This document shows, one piece after another, positions 11,213 to 21,521 of a DNA stretch of 64,000 nucleotides (positions are counted from its first letter, which is position 1; each line of letters opens with the position of its first letter). Under the pieces are notes generated by a model. It was not told the DNA's origin. It did no database searches and was given only the letters and a program-made list of their open reading frames with translations. The stretch lies in NCBI GenBank assembly GCA_963760655.1, contig CAVXDR010000002.1, forward strand, positions 113,944 through 177,943, written 5' to 3'. Position numbers and translations under genes: made by a program. The DNA is from an uncultured Actinomycetes bacterium (GTDB lineage Bacteria; Actinomycetota; Thermoleophilia; UBA2241).

Positions 11213-11378
11213 GCAGCGTCCTCACCACCACCCGACCGACCGAGCGCCTCGTGCGAGGTCTCGCCGCGTCCCCGGCGATTCGCCGTCCGCACCTGCCGTT
11301 CCTGTGGCGCCCGTCGGGCGTCGGGCGTAGCATGGCCGGCGGGGCGACGCCAACCACACACCGGAGGTCCCGCTGACC

Positions 11379-12716
11379 GTGGCCCTGTTCGGCACTGACG
11401 GCATCCGCGGCCTGGCCGGCGAGCAGCTCACCGCCGAGCTCGCCCTGCAGGTCGGCCGCGCCGCGGCCTTCGTGCTGGCCGCGCATCGCGGCCACGCGCC
11501 GCGGTTCCTGATCGGCCGCGACACGCGCGTGTCGGGATCGATGCTCGAGGCCGCCCTGGTGGCCGGCATCACGAGCGGGGGCGGCGCCGTCGAGGTCGCC
11601 GGCGTGATCCCGACGCCGGGGCTCGCCACGCTCGTCGTCGAGCGCGGCGCCGACGCCGGCGTCGTCGTCTCGGCCTCGCACAACCCCTTCGCCGACAACG
11701 GCATCAAGTTCTTCAGCCATCTCGGCCTCAAGCTGTCCGACGACGAGGAGGCCGAGATCGAGCGTCACGTCGGCCGGCACGACGTCGTCGCGGTGCGCGG
11801 CGAGCAGATGGGCCGCGCCGAGGTCGTCGAGGGCGCGGTCGAGAGCTACGTGTGGAGCGTGGTGCGCCGGCTGCCGCTCGACCTGTCGGGCCTGCGCATC
11901 GCGGTCGACTGCGCGAACGGCGCCATGCACCGCGCCGCCCCCCTCGCCCTGAGCGAGTCGGGCGCCGAGCTCACCCTGCTGCACACCGAGCCCGACGGCC
12001 TGAACATCAACCACGAGTGCGGCTCGACGCACATCGAGGGCCTGCAGCGCGTCGTGCGCGAGGGCCGCTTCGACCTGGGCCTTGCCTTCGACGGCGACGG
12101 CGACCGCGTGCTCGCCGTCGATGCGCACGGCGCGCTCGTCGACGGCGACTTCGTGATCGCCATCCTCGCCACGCACCTCAAGGCGCAGGACCGCCTGCGC
12201 GGCGACACGGTGGTCACCACCGTGATGACCAACCTCGGCTTCCACCTGGCGATGCGCCGCGAGGGCATCGCGGTCGTGACCACCGCCGTCGGCGACCGCT
12301 ACGTGATCGCCGAGATGCTCGAGCACGACTACGTGCTGGGCGGCGAGCAGTCGGGCCACATCATCAACCGCGACGTGTCGACGACGGGCGACGGCCTGGC
12401 GACCGCGCTCCTGCTGCTCCAGGCCCTCGGCGAGACGGGGCGCCCGCTGCACGAGGCGGCGGCCGTCATGGAGCGCCTGCCGCAGCGGCTCGTCAACGTG
12501 CGCGTGCGCGACCGCGAGGCGCTCGACGGCGCGCGCGCCGTCTGGGACGCGGTCGCGCGCGAGACCGAACGCCTGGCCGGCGAGGGCCGGGTGCTCGTAC
12601 GCTCGTCGGGCACCGAGTCGCTCGTGCGGGTCATGGCCGAGGCCGCCACGCAGGACGACTGCGACGCGGTCTGTGGACGCATCGTGGCGGTCGTCGAGCG
12701 GGAGCTGGGCGCATAG
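11379..12716 (+). CDS. glmM: phosphoglucosamine mutase
   Basis: 445 aa. 'LFGTDGIRG' and the active-site 'SASHNPFADNGIKFF'. Confidence 0.95.
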   Translation: MALFGTDGIRGLAGEQLTAELALQVGRAAAFVLAAHRGHAPRFLIGRDTRVSGSMLEAALVAGITSGGGAVEVAGVIPTPGLATLVVERGADAGVVVSASHNPFADNGIKFFSHLGLKLSDDEEAEIERHVGRHDVVAVRGEQMGRAEVVEGAVESYVWSVVRRLPLDLSGLRIAVDCANGAMHRAAPLALSESGAELTLLHTEPDGLNINHECGSTHIEGLQRVVREGRFDLGLAFDGDGDRVLAVDAHGALVDGDFVIAILATHLKAQDRLRGDTVVTTVMTNLGFHLAMRREGIAVVTTAVGDRYVIAEMLEHDYVLGGEQSGHIINRDVSTTGDGLATALLLLQALGETGRPLHEAAAVMERLPQRLVNVRVRDREALDGARAVWDAVARETERLAGEGRVLVRSSGTESLVRVMAEAATQDDCDAVCGRIVAVVERELGA

Positions 12717-12748
12717 CCGCCGAGCCGCCAGCCGGCGCCGGCCGGGCG

Positions 12749-13318
12749 CTGCCGCCGACGGCGCAGCGCATCCTCGCCGCGGCCCAGACGATCCTCGCCG
12801 AGCGCGGCTTCGCCGACCTCACCATGGCCGCGATCGAGACCGAGTCGGGCGTGAACCGCGCCCTCGTGTCCTACTATTTCGGCGGCAAGGCCGGCCTTGT
12901 GGCGGCGCTCGTCGACGGCGTCTTTCAGGACCCCGGGACGGGCCTCGTCGAGACGATCCGCGACGAAGCCGAAGGCGCGCTGCGTACGCGGCGCTTCCTC
13001 GACTGGCAGGAGCGCGTCTCGGCCCACGACCGCGTCAACCGTCAGCTCTACGAGCTGCTGCCGCAGGCCCTGCGCGACCCCGACGTACGGCGCCGCTTCG
13101 CCGACGAGTACCGCCTGTACCGGCGCATCGACGCCGAATGTCTCGACTCGGCGCCCGCCGAGCTCGACGACCCCGAGGCGCTCGCCGCCGTGACGATCGC
13201 GGTGGTCGAGGGGCTCGCCATGCAGCGTGCCCTCGACCCCGAGGGCTTCGATCACGCGCGCGCCTGGCGCGCCTGGCGGGCCGTGATCGACCACTACCTC
13301 GAGCTTTCGCGAGACTGA
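12749..13318 (+). CDS. TetR/AcrR family transcriptional regulator (start uncertain)
   Basis: HTH 'ILAAAQTILAERGFADLTMAAIETESGVNRALVSYYFGGKAGL'. There is no in-frame ATG/GTG/TTG upstream of the HTH. The only plausible start is CTG at 12749. Confidence 0.7.
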   Translation: MPPTAQRILAAAQTILAERGFADLTMAAIETESGVNRALVSYYFGGKAGLVAALVDGVFQDPGTGLVETIRDEAEGALRTRRFLDWQERVSAHDRVNRQLYELLPQALRDPDVRRRFADEYRLYRRIDAECLDSAPAELDDPEALAAVTIAVVEGLAMQRALDPEGFDHARAWRAWRAVIDHYLELSRD

Positions 13319-13470
13319 GTCGGAGGGGCGCGGGCGGGGCCCGGCTGCCCGGCGGTCGCGGGCGTCCGGTGTCTCGGCCGCCGCGGGCCGGCGGCTCCCA
13401 GCCACGGCGCCCCTCACGTTCGGCCTGCGTCGCCACGGCCGCTCGCGCGGCGCGCCGCCGCGGCCGGCGC

Positions 13471-13527
13471 TTGACAGGCTTCGGTTAAACGGTCATATAA
13501 GGGCTACACATAAATGTCCGTTTAACC
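13471..13527 (+). promoter_or_regulatory. sigma70-type promoter overlapped by a 19-bp-arm inverted repeat (operator candidate)
   Basis: TTGACA (13471-13476), a 17-18 nt spacer, then CATATAA. The inverted repeat is GGTTAAACGGTCATATAAG (13483-13501) / CATAAATGTCCGTTTAACC (13509-13527), with 16 of 19 positions complementary and the outer 10 perfect. It forms an AT-rich island in GC-rich DNA. Confidence 0.55.
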
Positions 13528-13543
13528 AAGAGGCGGTGCATGC

Positions 13544-14590
13544 ATGAGCGAGACAGTCCGTGGGCCGGTGAGCGAGCAGGCCGCACTCCCCGACCTGTCC
13601 GCGTTGCGCGGCCGCCACTTCTTCACCGACCAGGAGTTCACGGCCGAGGAGCTCGTCGGCCTGCTCGACCTGGCCGTCGCGCTGAAGGCCGTCTACCGGC
13701 GGCGGCCGCTGACGCCGTTCCTCGAGGGGCGCAGCCTCGGCATGATCTTCGAGCACCCCTCGACGCGCACCCGCATCAGCTTCGAGGCGGCGATGACCGA
13801 GCTCGGCGGTCACGCCCAGTACCTGCGGCCCGGCGAGATCCACCTGGGCGGCCACGAGACGGTGGCCGACACCGCTCGCGTGATCAGCCGCCTGGTCGAC
13901 GCCATCATGGCGCGCACCGCCTACCACACGACGCTCGCCGAGCTCACCGCCGCCGCCACCGTGCCGGTCATCAACGGCCTGACCGACGACTACGACCACC
14001 CCGTCCAGTCGATGACCGACGCGCTCACCATCCGCGAGCGCTTCGGCATGGTGAGCGGGCTCACATGCGCCTTCGTCGGCAAGTGCGCCGACGCGATGGG
14101 CACCTCGGTGGCGCTCACCATGTCGCGGCTCGGCAGCAGCATGGTGATGGCCGCGCCGCCCGAGCACCAGATGAGCGCCGAGACGGCCGCCCTCGTGCAG
14201 GCCAACTGCGCGCGCAGCGGCGCGAGCCTCACGCTCACCGACGACGCGACGGCGGCGGTCGCGCAGGCCGACGTCGTGTTCACCGTCGGCTGGTGGTGGA
14301 TGCAGCCCGAGGACGAGGTCCGCACGCTGCGCCGCGAGCTCGGGCCCTATCAGGTGAACGAGGCGCTCTGGCGCCACACCAGGCCGGGGGCCGTGTTCAT
14401 GCACTGCCTGCCGGCGGTGCGCGGCGAGGAGATGACCGACGCGATCCTCGACGCGCCCTTCTCGATCGTGCTCGACGAGGCCGAGAACCGCAAGCACTTC
14501 CAGAAGGCGCTGCTGCTCGCGCTCATCGGCATCGACACGCCACCCGACGACCCCGAGCTCGCCGCCATCGGGCGGGCCCTGCTGCCATGA
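13544..14590 (+). CDS. ornithine carbamoyltransferase-family transcarbamylase, non-canonical second-substrate site
   Basis: 348 aa. Carbamoyl-phosphate motifs 'STRTR', 'HPVQ' and 'HCLP' are present. The OTCase 'DxxxSMG' loop is replaced by 'FTVGWWWMQPEDE'. Confidence 0.85.
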   Translation: MSETVRGPVSEQAALPDLSALRGRHFFTDQEFTAEELVGLLDLAVALKAVYRRRPLTPFLEGRSLGMIFEHPSTRTRISFEAAMTELGGHAQYLRPGEIHLGGHETVADTARVISRLVDAIMARTAYHTTLAELTAAATVPVINGLTDDYDHPVQSMTDALTIRERFGMVSGLTCAFVGKCADAMGTSVALTMSRLGSSMVMAAPPEHQMSAETAALVQANCARSGASLTLTDDATAAVAQADVVFTVGWWWMQPEDEVRTLRRELGPYQVNEALWRHTRPGAVFMHCLPAVRGEEMTDAILDAPFSIVLDEAENRKHFQKALLLALIGIDTPPDDPELAAIGRALLP

Positions 14591-14633
14591 GCGGCCCGCA
14601 TCTCCTTCTCCCGTCCTTCGAAAGGGGGCGACG

Positions 14634-16244
14634 ATGAGCTCATCGACAGTCGAACCGGTCGGCGCCGGGCAGGCACACGCCTTGAGCGAGGAGCGCCAGA
14701 AGCTCAAGAAATCGCTGCATCGCATCGATCTCGTCTTCATCACGATCGCGGCGCTCGTGGCGATCGACACGATCGCGGTGACGGCCGGCGTCGGCGGCGG
14801 GCAGACCCTCGTCTGGCTGCTCGTCCTGATCGGCGTCTATCTGATCCCCTACGGCATGATCGTGTCGGAGCTCGGTTCGGCGTTCCCCTACGAGGGGGGC
14901 GCGTACGTCTGGCCGCGCCTCGCGTTCGGGCGCTTCGCGGGGGCCTACACGGCGGCGTTCTACTGGATGTCCAACCCGGTCTGGGTCGGCAGCACGGTCG
15001 CCGCGGTCGTCGTGGCGGCGGTCAACAGCCTGGTCGTGCCGGGACACCCGCTGGGCACCGCTGCGTCGATCGCCGTCGGCCTGGCGGTCGTCGTGGCCTG
15101 CACGGCCTTCTCCTGGATCGAGCTGCGGTGGGGCAAGTGGGCCGGCGCCGTCGGAACCGTGGTACGTCTGCTCACGCTGGGGATCTTCCTCACGCTGGTC
15201 GTCGTCTTCCTCGTGCAGCACGGCAAGCCCGCCGGCACCGTGACGGTGGCCGACCTCAAGCCGACCGTGACCGGCTTTCTCGGTGTCATCGGTCTGCTGC
15301 AGTTCCTCTTCGTGGGGTTCGAGATCTCCAACGGCGCCGCCGAGGAGATGACCAACCCCCAGCGCGACGTGCCGAAGATGATCCTCAGGTCGGGCCTGAT
15401 CGCCTCACTGGTCACCGGCTCGATCATCTTCGGCGTGCTCCTCGTGGTGCCCGGCAAGTCGCTCTCGAAGGTGGCGGGTTTCACCGACGCCTACGCCTCG
15501 GTCGCCGGCGTCCTCGGTGGGGCGACGCACGTGTTCAACTACCTGATCGCGGCGCTCGTGATCCTGACCGCGATCAGCACGGCGGCCGTGTGGCAGCAGG
15601 GCACCTGCCGGGTGCAGGCCGTGGCCGCCCTCGACGGCGCGGCGCCGCTCTGGATGGGCCGCTTCTCGAAGTCGGGCACGCCCGTCGCCATGAACATCGT
15701 GTCGACGGTCATCGGCGGCGCGTTCGTCGCCGTCGTCTTCTGGCTCGCCAAGGGCAGCCTCGCCACCTTCTTCGCGATCACCATCGCGGTCGTGATCTCG
15801 CTCACCGCGATGATGTACCTGCTCGTGTTCCCCGCGATCATCCCGCTGCGCCGCAAGTACCCCGATCGGCAACGGCCGTTTCGCGTGCCCGGCGGCACCA
15901 TCGGCATGTGGCTCTGCGTGATCGGCGCCGAGGCCATCATCGTCATCACGACGATCACCCTCCTGTGGCCCGGCCTGATCGACGCGGCTCTGGGGCACAG
16001 CTACAGCATCAGCGACGTCTGGGGCGTCTCGCGCGTGTACTTCGAGTCGGTGACGCTCGGCATCGTCGCCTTCTTCGTCGTGGTGGCCGTCGCCTTCTGG
16101 GCCCTGGGGCGGCGCAACGTCGCGAAGGGGCTGGTCGGCGAGGACGACCTGCTGTCCGCCGCGCTCGAGGAGGTCCCCGGACCGGCCACGCCGTCCGCTG
16201 AGGCGCCGGCCGCGCCGGTCGCAGCCCTGTCGGAACCGCTGTGA
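14634..16244 (+). CDS. APC-superfamily amino acid/polyamine permease
   Basis: 536-aa polytopic protein. 'LIPYGMIVSELGSAFPYEGGAYVW' is a typical APC signature region. A GGGGG RBS precedes the start. Confidence 0.85.
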   Translation: MSSSTVEPVGAGQAHALSEERQKLKKSLHRIDLVFITIAALVAIDTIAVTAGVGGGQTLVWLLVLIGVYLIPYGMIVSELGSAFPYEGGAYVWPRLAFGRFAGAYTAAFYWMSNPVWVGSTVAAVVVAAVNSLVVPGHPLGTAASIAVGLAVVVACTAFSWIELRWGKWAGAVGTVVRLLTLGIFLTLVVVFLVQHGKPAGTVTVADLKPTVTGFLGVIGLLQFLFVGFEISNGAAEEMTNPQRDVPKMILRSGLIASLVTGSIIFGVLLVVPGKSLSKVAGFTDAYASVAGVLGGATHVFNYLIAALVILTAISTAAVWQQGTCRVQAVAALDGAAPLWMGRFSKSGTPVAMNIVSTVIGGAFVAVVFWLAKGSLATFFAITIAVVISLTAMMYLLVFPAIIPLRRKYPDRQRPFRVPGGTIGMWLCVIGAEAIIVITTITLLWPGLIDAALGHSYSISDVWGVSRVYFESVTLGIVAFFVVVAVAFWALGRRNVAKGLVGEDDLLSAALEEVPGPATPSAEAPAAPVAALSEPL

Positions 16245-16314
16245 GGGTCCGTACGGGCTGAGCGCCGCCGCGCACCGGCCGATCGGTCGCGCTCCTCGAC
16301 GGTGACGGGGCGGC

Positions 16315-16854
16315 ATGCGCGGGTATCACCCGCCCATGCCGCCCCGCGTCAACATCGCCCAGCCCGGCTTCGAGTACGACGCCACAGACCCGCCCGGCTT
16401 TCGCTCGGGCATGTTCCGCTTCGGCCCTCTGCTCGGCGCCGAGCAGCTCGGCGCGACGGTCTACGAGCTGCCGCCCGGCCAGGCGATCTGCCCCTACCAC
16501 TACGAGTACGCCGAAGAGGAGTGGCTGCTCGTGCTCGAGGGCCGGCCGACCCTGCGGCGGCCCGACGGCGAGGAGACGCTTGCGCCGTGGGACGTCGTCT
16601 GCTTTGCCACCGGTCCGGCAGGCGCCCACGGCGTGCGCAACGAGACCGACGCGCCGGTGCGCGTGCTCATGTGGTCGCCGGTGCGGCACCCGGCCGCCAC
16701 CGTGTACCCCGACAGTGGCAAGATCGGCGTCTGGACGGGCAATCGCGACGATGACCTGATGGCCCGCCGCGACAGCGCCGTCGATTACTGGGACGGCGAG
16801 GTCGGGGACGGCCGCGCGAGCGAGGAGGCCGCATCCGAGCCGCCGGGGCCGTGA
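16315..16854 (+). CDS. cupin domain protein
   Basis: 179 aa. 'YHYEYAEEEWLLVLEGRPTL' and 'PAGAHGVRN' match cupin motifs 1 and 2. The start could instead be the ATG at 16336. Confidence 0.7.
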   Translation: MRGYHPPMPPRVNIAQPGFEYDATDPPGFRSGMFRFGPLLGAEQLGATVYELPPGQAICPYHYEYAEEEWLLVLEGRPTLRRPDGEETLAPWDVVCFATGPAGAHGVRNETDAPVRVLMWSPVRHPAATVYPDSGKIGVWTGNRDDDLMARRDSAVDYWDGEVGDGRASEEAASEPPGP

Positions 16855-16884
16855 CGCGCCCCGGCGCGGCGGCGCCTCATGGGG

Positions 16885-16890
16885 TAGAAT
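16885..16890 (+). promoter_or_regulatory. putative -10 element (TAGAAT) for the glmS leader
   Basis: TAGAAT about 108 nt upstream of the ribozyme cleavage site. No clear -35 element. Confidence 0.35.
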
Positions 16891-16998
16891 GCCGTGACGT
16901 CGACGCGGGGGTGTGATCGCAAGCAGACCGAAACGACGAATGCTACGACGGCCCAGGCGCGCGTTCCTCTCTGCGGACGAGCTCGGTTCTTTCTTCCT

Positions 16999-17150
16999 AG
17001 CGCCAGACCCCCGGCGGCCAGCCGGCGGGTGACGAGGCGGAGGTTCATCGAAGTCTTCGGCGGATGCCTCCCGGCCCGACACGGTCGTGATCGATCCGAC
17101 AAATCCCGCCGGCAACGGCGGCGACAAAACGGCTCGAACGTGTCGCTCGC
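16999..17150 (+). ncRNA. glmS ribozyme: glmS ribozyme (GlcN6P-dependent self-cleaving riboswitch)
   Basis: The core matches the Bacillus/Thermoanaerobacter consensus: 'AGCGCCAGA' (cleavage after A16999), 'GACGAGG', 'GGAGGTTCATCGAAGTCTTCGGCGGATGCCTCCCGGC'. It lies directly upstream of glmS. The 3' boundary is approximate. Confidence 0.9.
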
Positions 17151-17186
17151 CCCGCGCGCCCGTTTCCCTAGCGAAGCGAGGTATCC

Positions 17187-19012
<1,826 letters not shown>

Positions 19013-19016
<4 letters not shown>

Positions 19017-19435
19017 ACGGTCCGGGCGTGACCGGCGTGGGCGTCGACGCCGTCGAGGTCGCCCGCATGCGGCGCCTGCTGGAGCGCCTGCCACGCGCCT
19101 ACGAACGGCTCTTCTCGGCCCACGAGCGCGCCTACGCCGACGGCTTCGCCGACCCGTTCCCGCGCTACGCCGCACGCTTTGCCGCCAAGGAGGCGGTGGG
19201 CAAGGCGCTCGGCATCGGCATCATCGGCTTCGTATGGCGCGAGATCGAGGTGCTGTCGGGCGGTAAGCCGCGGGTGGCGTTGCACGGCCACGTCGCCGAG
19301 GTCGCTCGACGACTGGGCGTCACGAGGGTAGAACTGTCTCTGAGCCACACGGCCGGCATGGCCTATGCCATGGCCGTCGCGGTGGGTCACACGGCCGGCG
19401 ACGCTCCGCCGGAGAGCGAAGGCAAGGGAGGATGA
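19013..19435 (+). CDS. acpS: holo-[acyl-carrier-protein] synthase
   Basis: The GTG at 19013 overlaps the glmS stop (GTGA). 'GVGVDAVEVARM', 'FAAKEAVGKALG', 'LSLSHTAG'. Confidence 0.9.
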
Positions 19436-21015
19436 CGATGCTCGAGTCGCTGTCGCTCGGCCTGTTCACGGCGGAGCAGATGCGGGCCACCGACGCCGCC
19501 GCGATCGAGGGGCTTGGCATTCCCGGCGGACACCTGATGGAGCGCGCCGGCGCGGCCGTCGCGCGCGAGCTCGTGCGCGCCTTCGAGCCCGAGCGCGTGG
19601 TGGTCTACGCCGGCAAGGGCAACAACGGCGGCGACGGCTTCGTCGTCGCCCGAGAGCTGTTCAACGCGGGCGTCGAGGTCACCGTCTTTGCGATCGCCGG
19701 CCGCGACGCCTACCAGGGCGACGCCCTCCTCAACCTGCAGATCGCCGAGCGGCTCGGCGTCGACGTGGTCGACGGCGTCGGGCCGGTGGACGACGCCGAC
19801 GTCGCGGTCGACGCCGTCTTCGGCACCGGCTTCAGCGGCGCGGCGCGCGGCGCCGCGGCCGACGCGATCGCCGAGATGAACGCCGCGGCGGCGGCGGTCG
19901 TCGCGATCGACATCGCCTCGGGCGTCGACGCTTCGACCGGCGAGCTCGCCGGGCCGGCGGTGCTCGCCGACCTCACGGTCACGCTGCACGCGCCCAAGGT
20001 CGGCCACTTCGTGAGCCCGGGCGAGCGCTGCGCCGGCCACATCCTGGTCGTGCCGATCGGCATCCCGCCGTTGTGCGACGAGCAGCCCGACGTGTTCGTG
20101 CTCACGAGCGACGCCGTCGGCATGGTCGTGCGGCCCAAGACCGAGGCCGACCACAAGCGCTCGGTCGGCACGGTGCTCGTCGCGGGCGGCTCGCCCGGCA
20201 TGGGCGGCGCGGCCGCGATGGCGGCGCTCGGCGCGCTGCGCTCGGGGGCCGGCCTCGTGCACTGCATGCTGCCGGCCGACCTTGTGGCCGAGAAGCCCTA
20301 TCTCGAGGTCATCAACGTGCCGGCCGGCGGCCGCGAACGGCTGGGTCTCGCCGACCTCGACGCCCTGCGGGCCGAGATGGGCCGTCTCAAGGCGACCGCG
20401 CTCGGCCCGGGCATGGGCCGCGACGACGACACCGTGGCCCTGGTGCGCGAGCTCGTCAAGGCGGCCGGCGACGTGCCGCTCGTGATCGACGCCGACGGGC
20501 TCCACGCCCTCGGCGCCGACCTCGAGTCGCTCGCCGGCCGCACGGCGCCGACCGTTCTGACCCCGCACGAGGGAGAGCTCGGCCGCCTGCTCGGCCGCGC
20601 AGCGTCCGAGGTAGCGGCGCAGCGCCTCGCGGCGGCCCGCGAGGCGGCGCGGCGCAGCGGCGCCACGGTGCTGCTCAAGGGGTCGCACACGATCGTCGCC
20701 GATCCCGGCGGCACGGCCTTCGTGGTGCCGACCGGCAACCCCGGCCTGGCGACGCCCGGCACCGGAGACGTGCTGACCGGGGTCATCGCCGGCCAGCTCG
20801 CCAAGGGCCTGCCGGCCACCGAGGCGGCCTGCCTGGGCGGCTTCGTGCACGGCCTCGCGGCCGACATGGCGGTCGACACGGCGGTGAGCGCCGAGGGCAT
20901 GATCGCCAGCGACCTGTTCGACTACCTGCCCCTCGCCGTCGAGCGTCTCGTGCTCGGCGACGACGACGAGCACGACCACGACGACGACCACGACGACCAC
21001 GATCACGGACGGTGA
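19432..21015 (+). CDS. nnr: bifunctional NAD(P)H-hydrate repair enzyme Nnr (epimerase/dehydratase, YjeF)
   Basis: 527 aa. The YjeF_N 'GKGNNGGDGFVVA' and the carbohydrate-kinase domain 'GPGMG...GTGDVLTG'. It carries an unusual Asp/His C-terminal tail. Confidence 0.9.
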   Translation: MTMLESLSLGLFTAEQMRATDAAAIEGLGIPGGHLMERAGAAVARELVRAFEPERVVVYAGKGNNGGDGFVVARELFNAGVEVTVFAIAGRDAYQGDALLNLQIAERLGVDVVDGVGPVDDADVAVDAVFGTGFSGAARGAAADAIAEMNAAAAAVVAIDIASGVDASTGELAGPAVLADLTVTLHAPKVGHFVSPGERCAGHILVVPIGIPPLCDEQPDVFVLTSDAVGMVVRPKTEADHKRSVGTVLVAGGSPGMGGAAAMAALGALRSGAGLVHCMLPADLVAEKPYLEVINVPAGGRERLGLADLDALRAEMGRLKATALGPGMGRDDDTVALVRELVKAAGDVPLVIDADGLHALGADLESLAGRTAPTVLTPHEGELGRLLGRAASEVAAQRLAAAREAARRSGATVLLKGSHTIVADPGGTAFVVPTGNPGLATPGTGDVLTGVIAGQLAKGLPATEAACLGGFVHGLAADMAVDTAVSAEGMIASDLFDYLPLAVERLVLGDDDEHDHDDDHDDHDHGR

Positions 21016-21019
21016 CCAG

Positions 21020-21520
21020 GTGACAGACGACGCAGGGGCCCGGCGCGACGCCGCCCCGACCGGGGCCGGCGAGCCGACGGCCGCCGACATCATGGAACGC
21101 AAGGTCGTGACGATCGCTCCCGACGCCACGGTGCACGAGCTCGTCCAGCTCCTGCGCGCGAAGGACCTGGGCGGGGTGCCGGTGGTCGACGGCGACGGCC
21201 GCCTGGTCGGCATGGTGACCGAGGGAGACCTCGTGGTCGAGGACGCCGACGTGCGGGCGCCGCACTTCGTCGAGGTACTCGGCAGCCTCGTGTTCCTGGG
21301 CGGCCAGAAGAAGTTCGAGGAGCGCCTGCGCAAGATGGTGGGCAGCACGGTCGGCGACATCATGACGACCCGCGTGCTCACGGTGGCGCCAGGCGACCCG
21401 GCCGGCCGGGCCGCGACCATCATGGCCGACGAGCGCATCGACCGGGTGCCGGTCGTCGACGACGGCCGCGTGGTCGGCATCATCGCGCGGCACGACATCG
21501 TCCGCATGCTGGGTATCTGA
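21020..21520 (+). CDS. CBS-domain pair protein
   Basis: 166 aa with two CBS repeats: 'IMERKVVTIAPDATV...VPVVDGDGRLVGMVTEGDL' and 'IMTTRVLTVAP...VPVVDDGRVVGIIARHDI'. Confidence 0.8.
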   Translation: MTDDAGARRDAAPTGAGEPTAADIMERKVVTIAPDATVHELVQLLRAKDLGGVPVVDGDGRLVGMVTEGDLVVEDADVRAPHFVEVLGSLVFLGGQKKFEERLRKMVGSTVGDIMTTRVLTVAPGDPAGRAATIMADERIDRVPVVDDGRVVGIIARHDIVRMLGI

Positions 21521-21521
21521 C

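Noticed and set aside
13540-14637. 365-aa ORF starting at the ATG 4 nt upstream of the transcarbamylase start
   Set aside because: It is out of frame with the STRTR/HPxQ/HCLP-bearing protein and has Arg/Pro/Gly-rich composition. The ATG at 13544 gives the recognisable enzyme.
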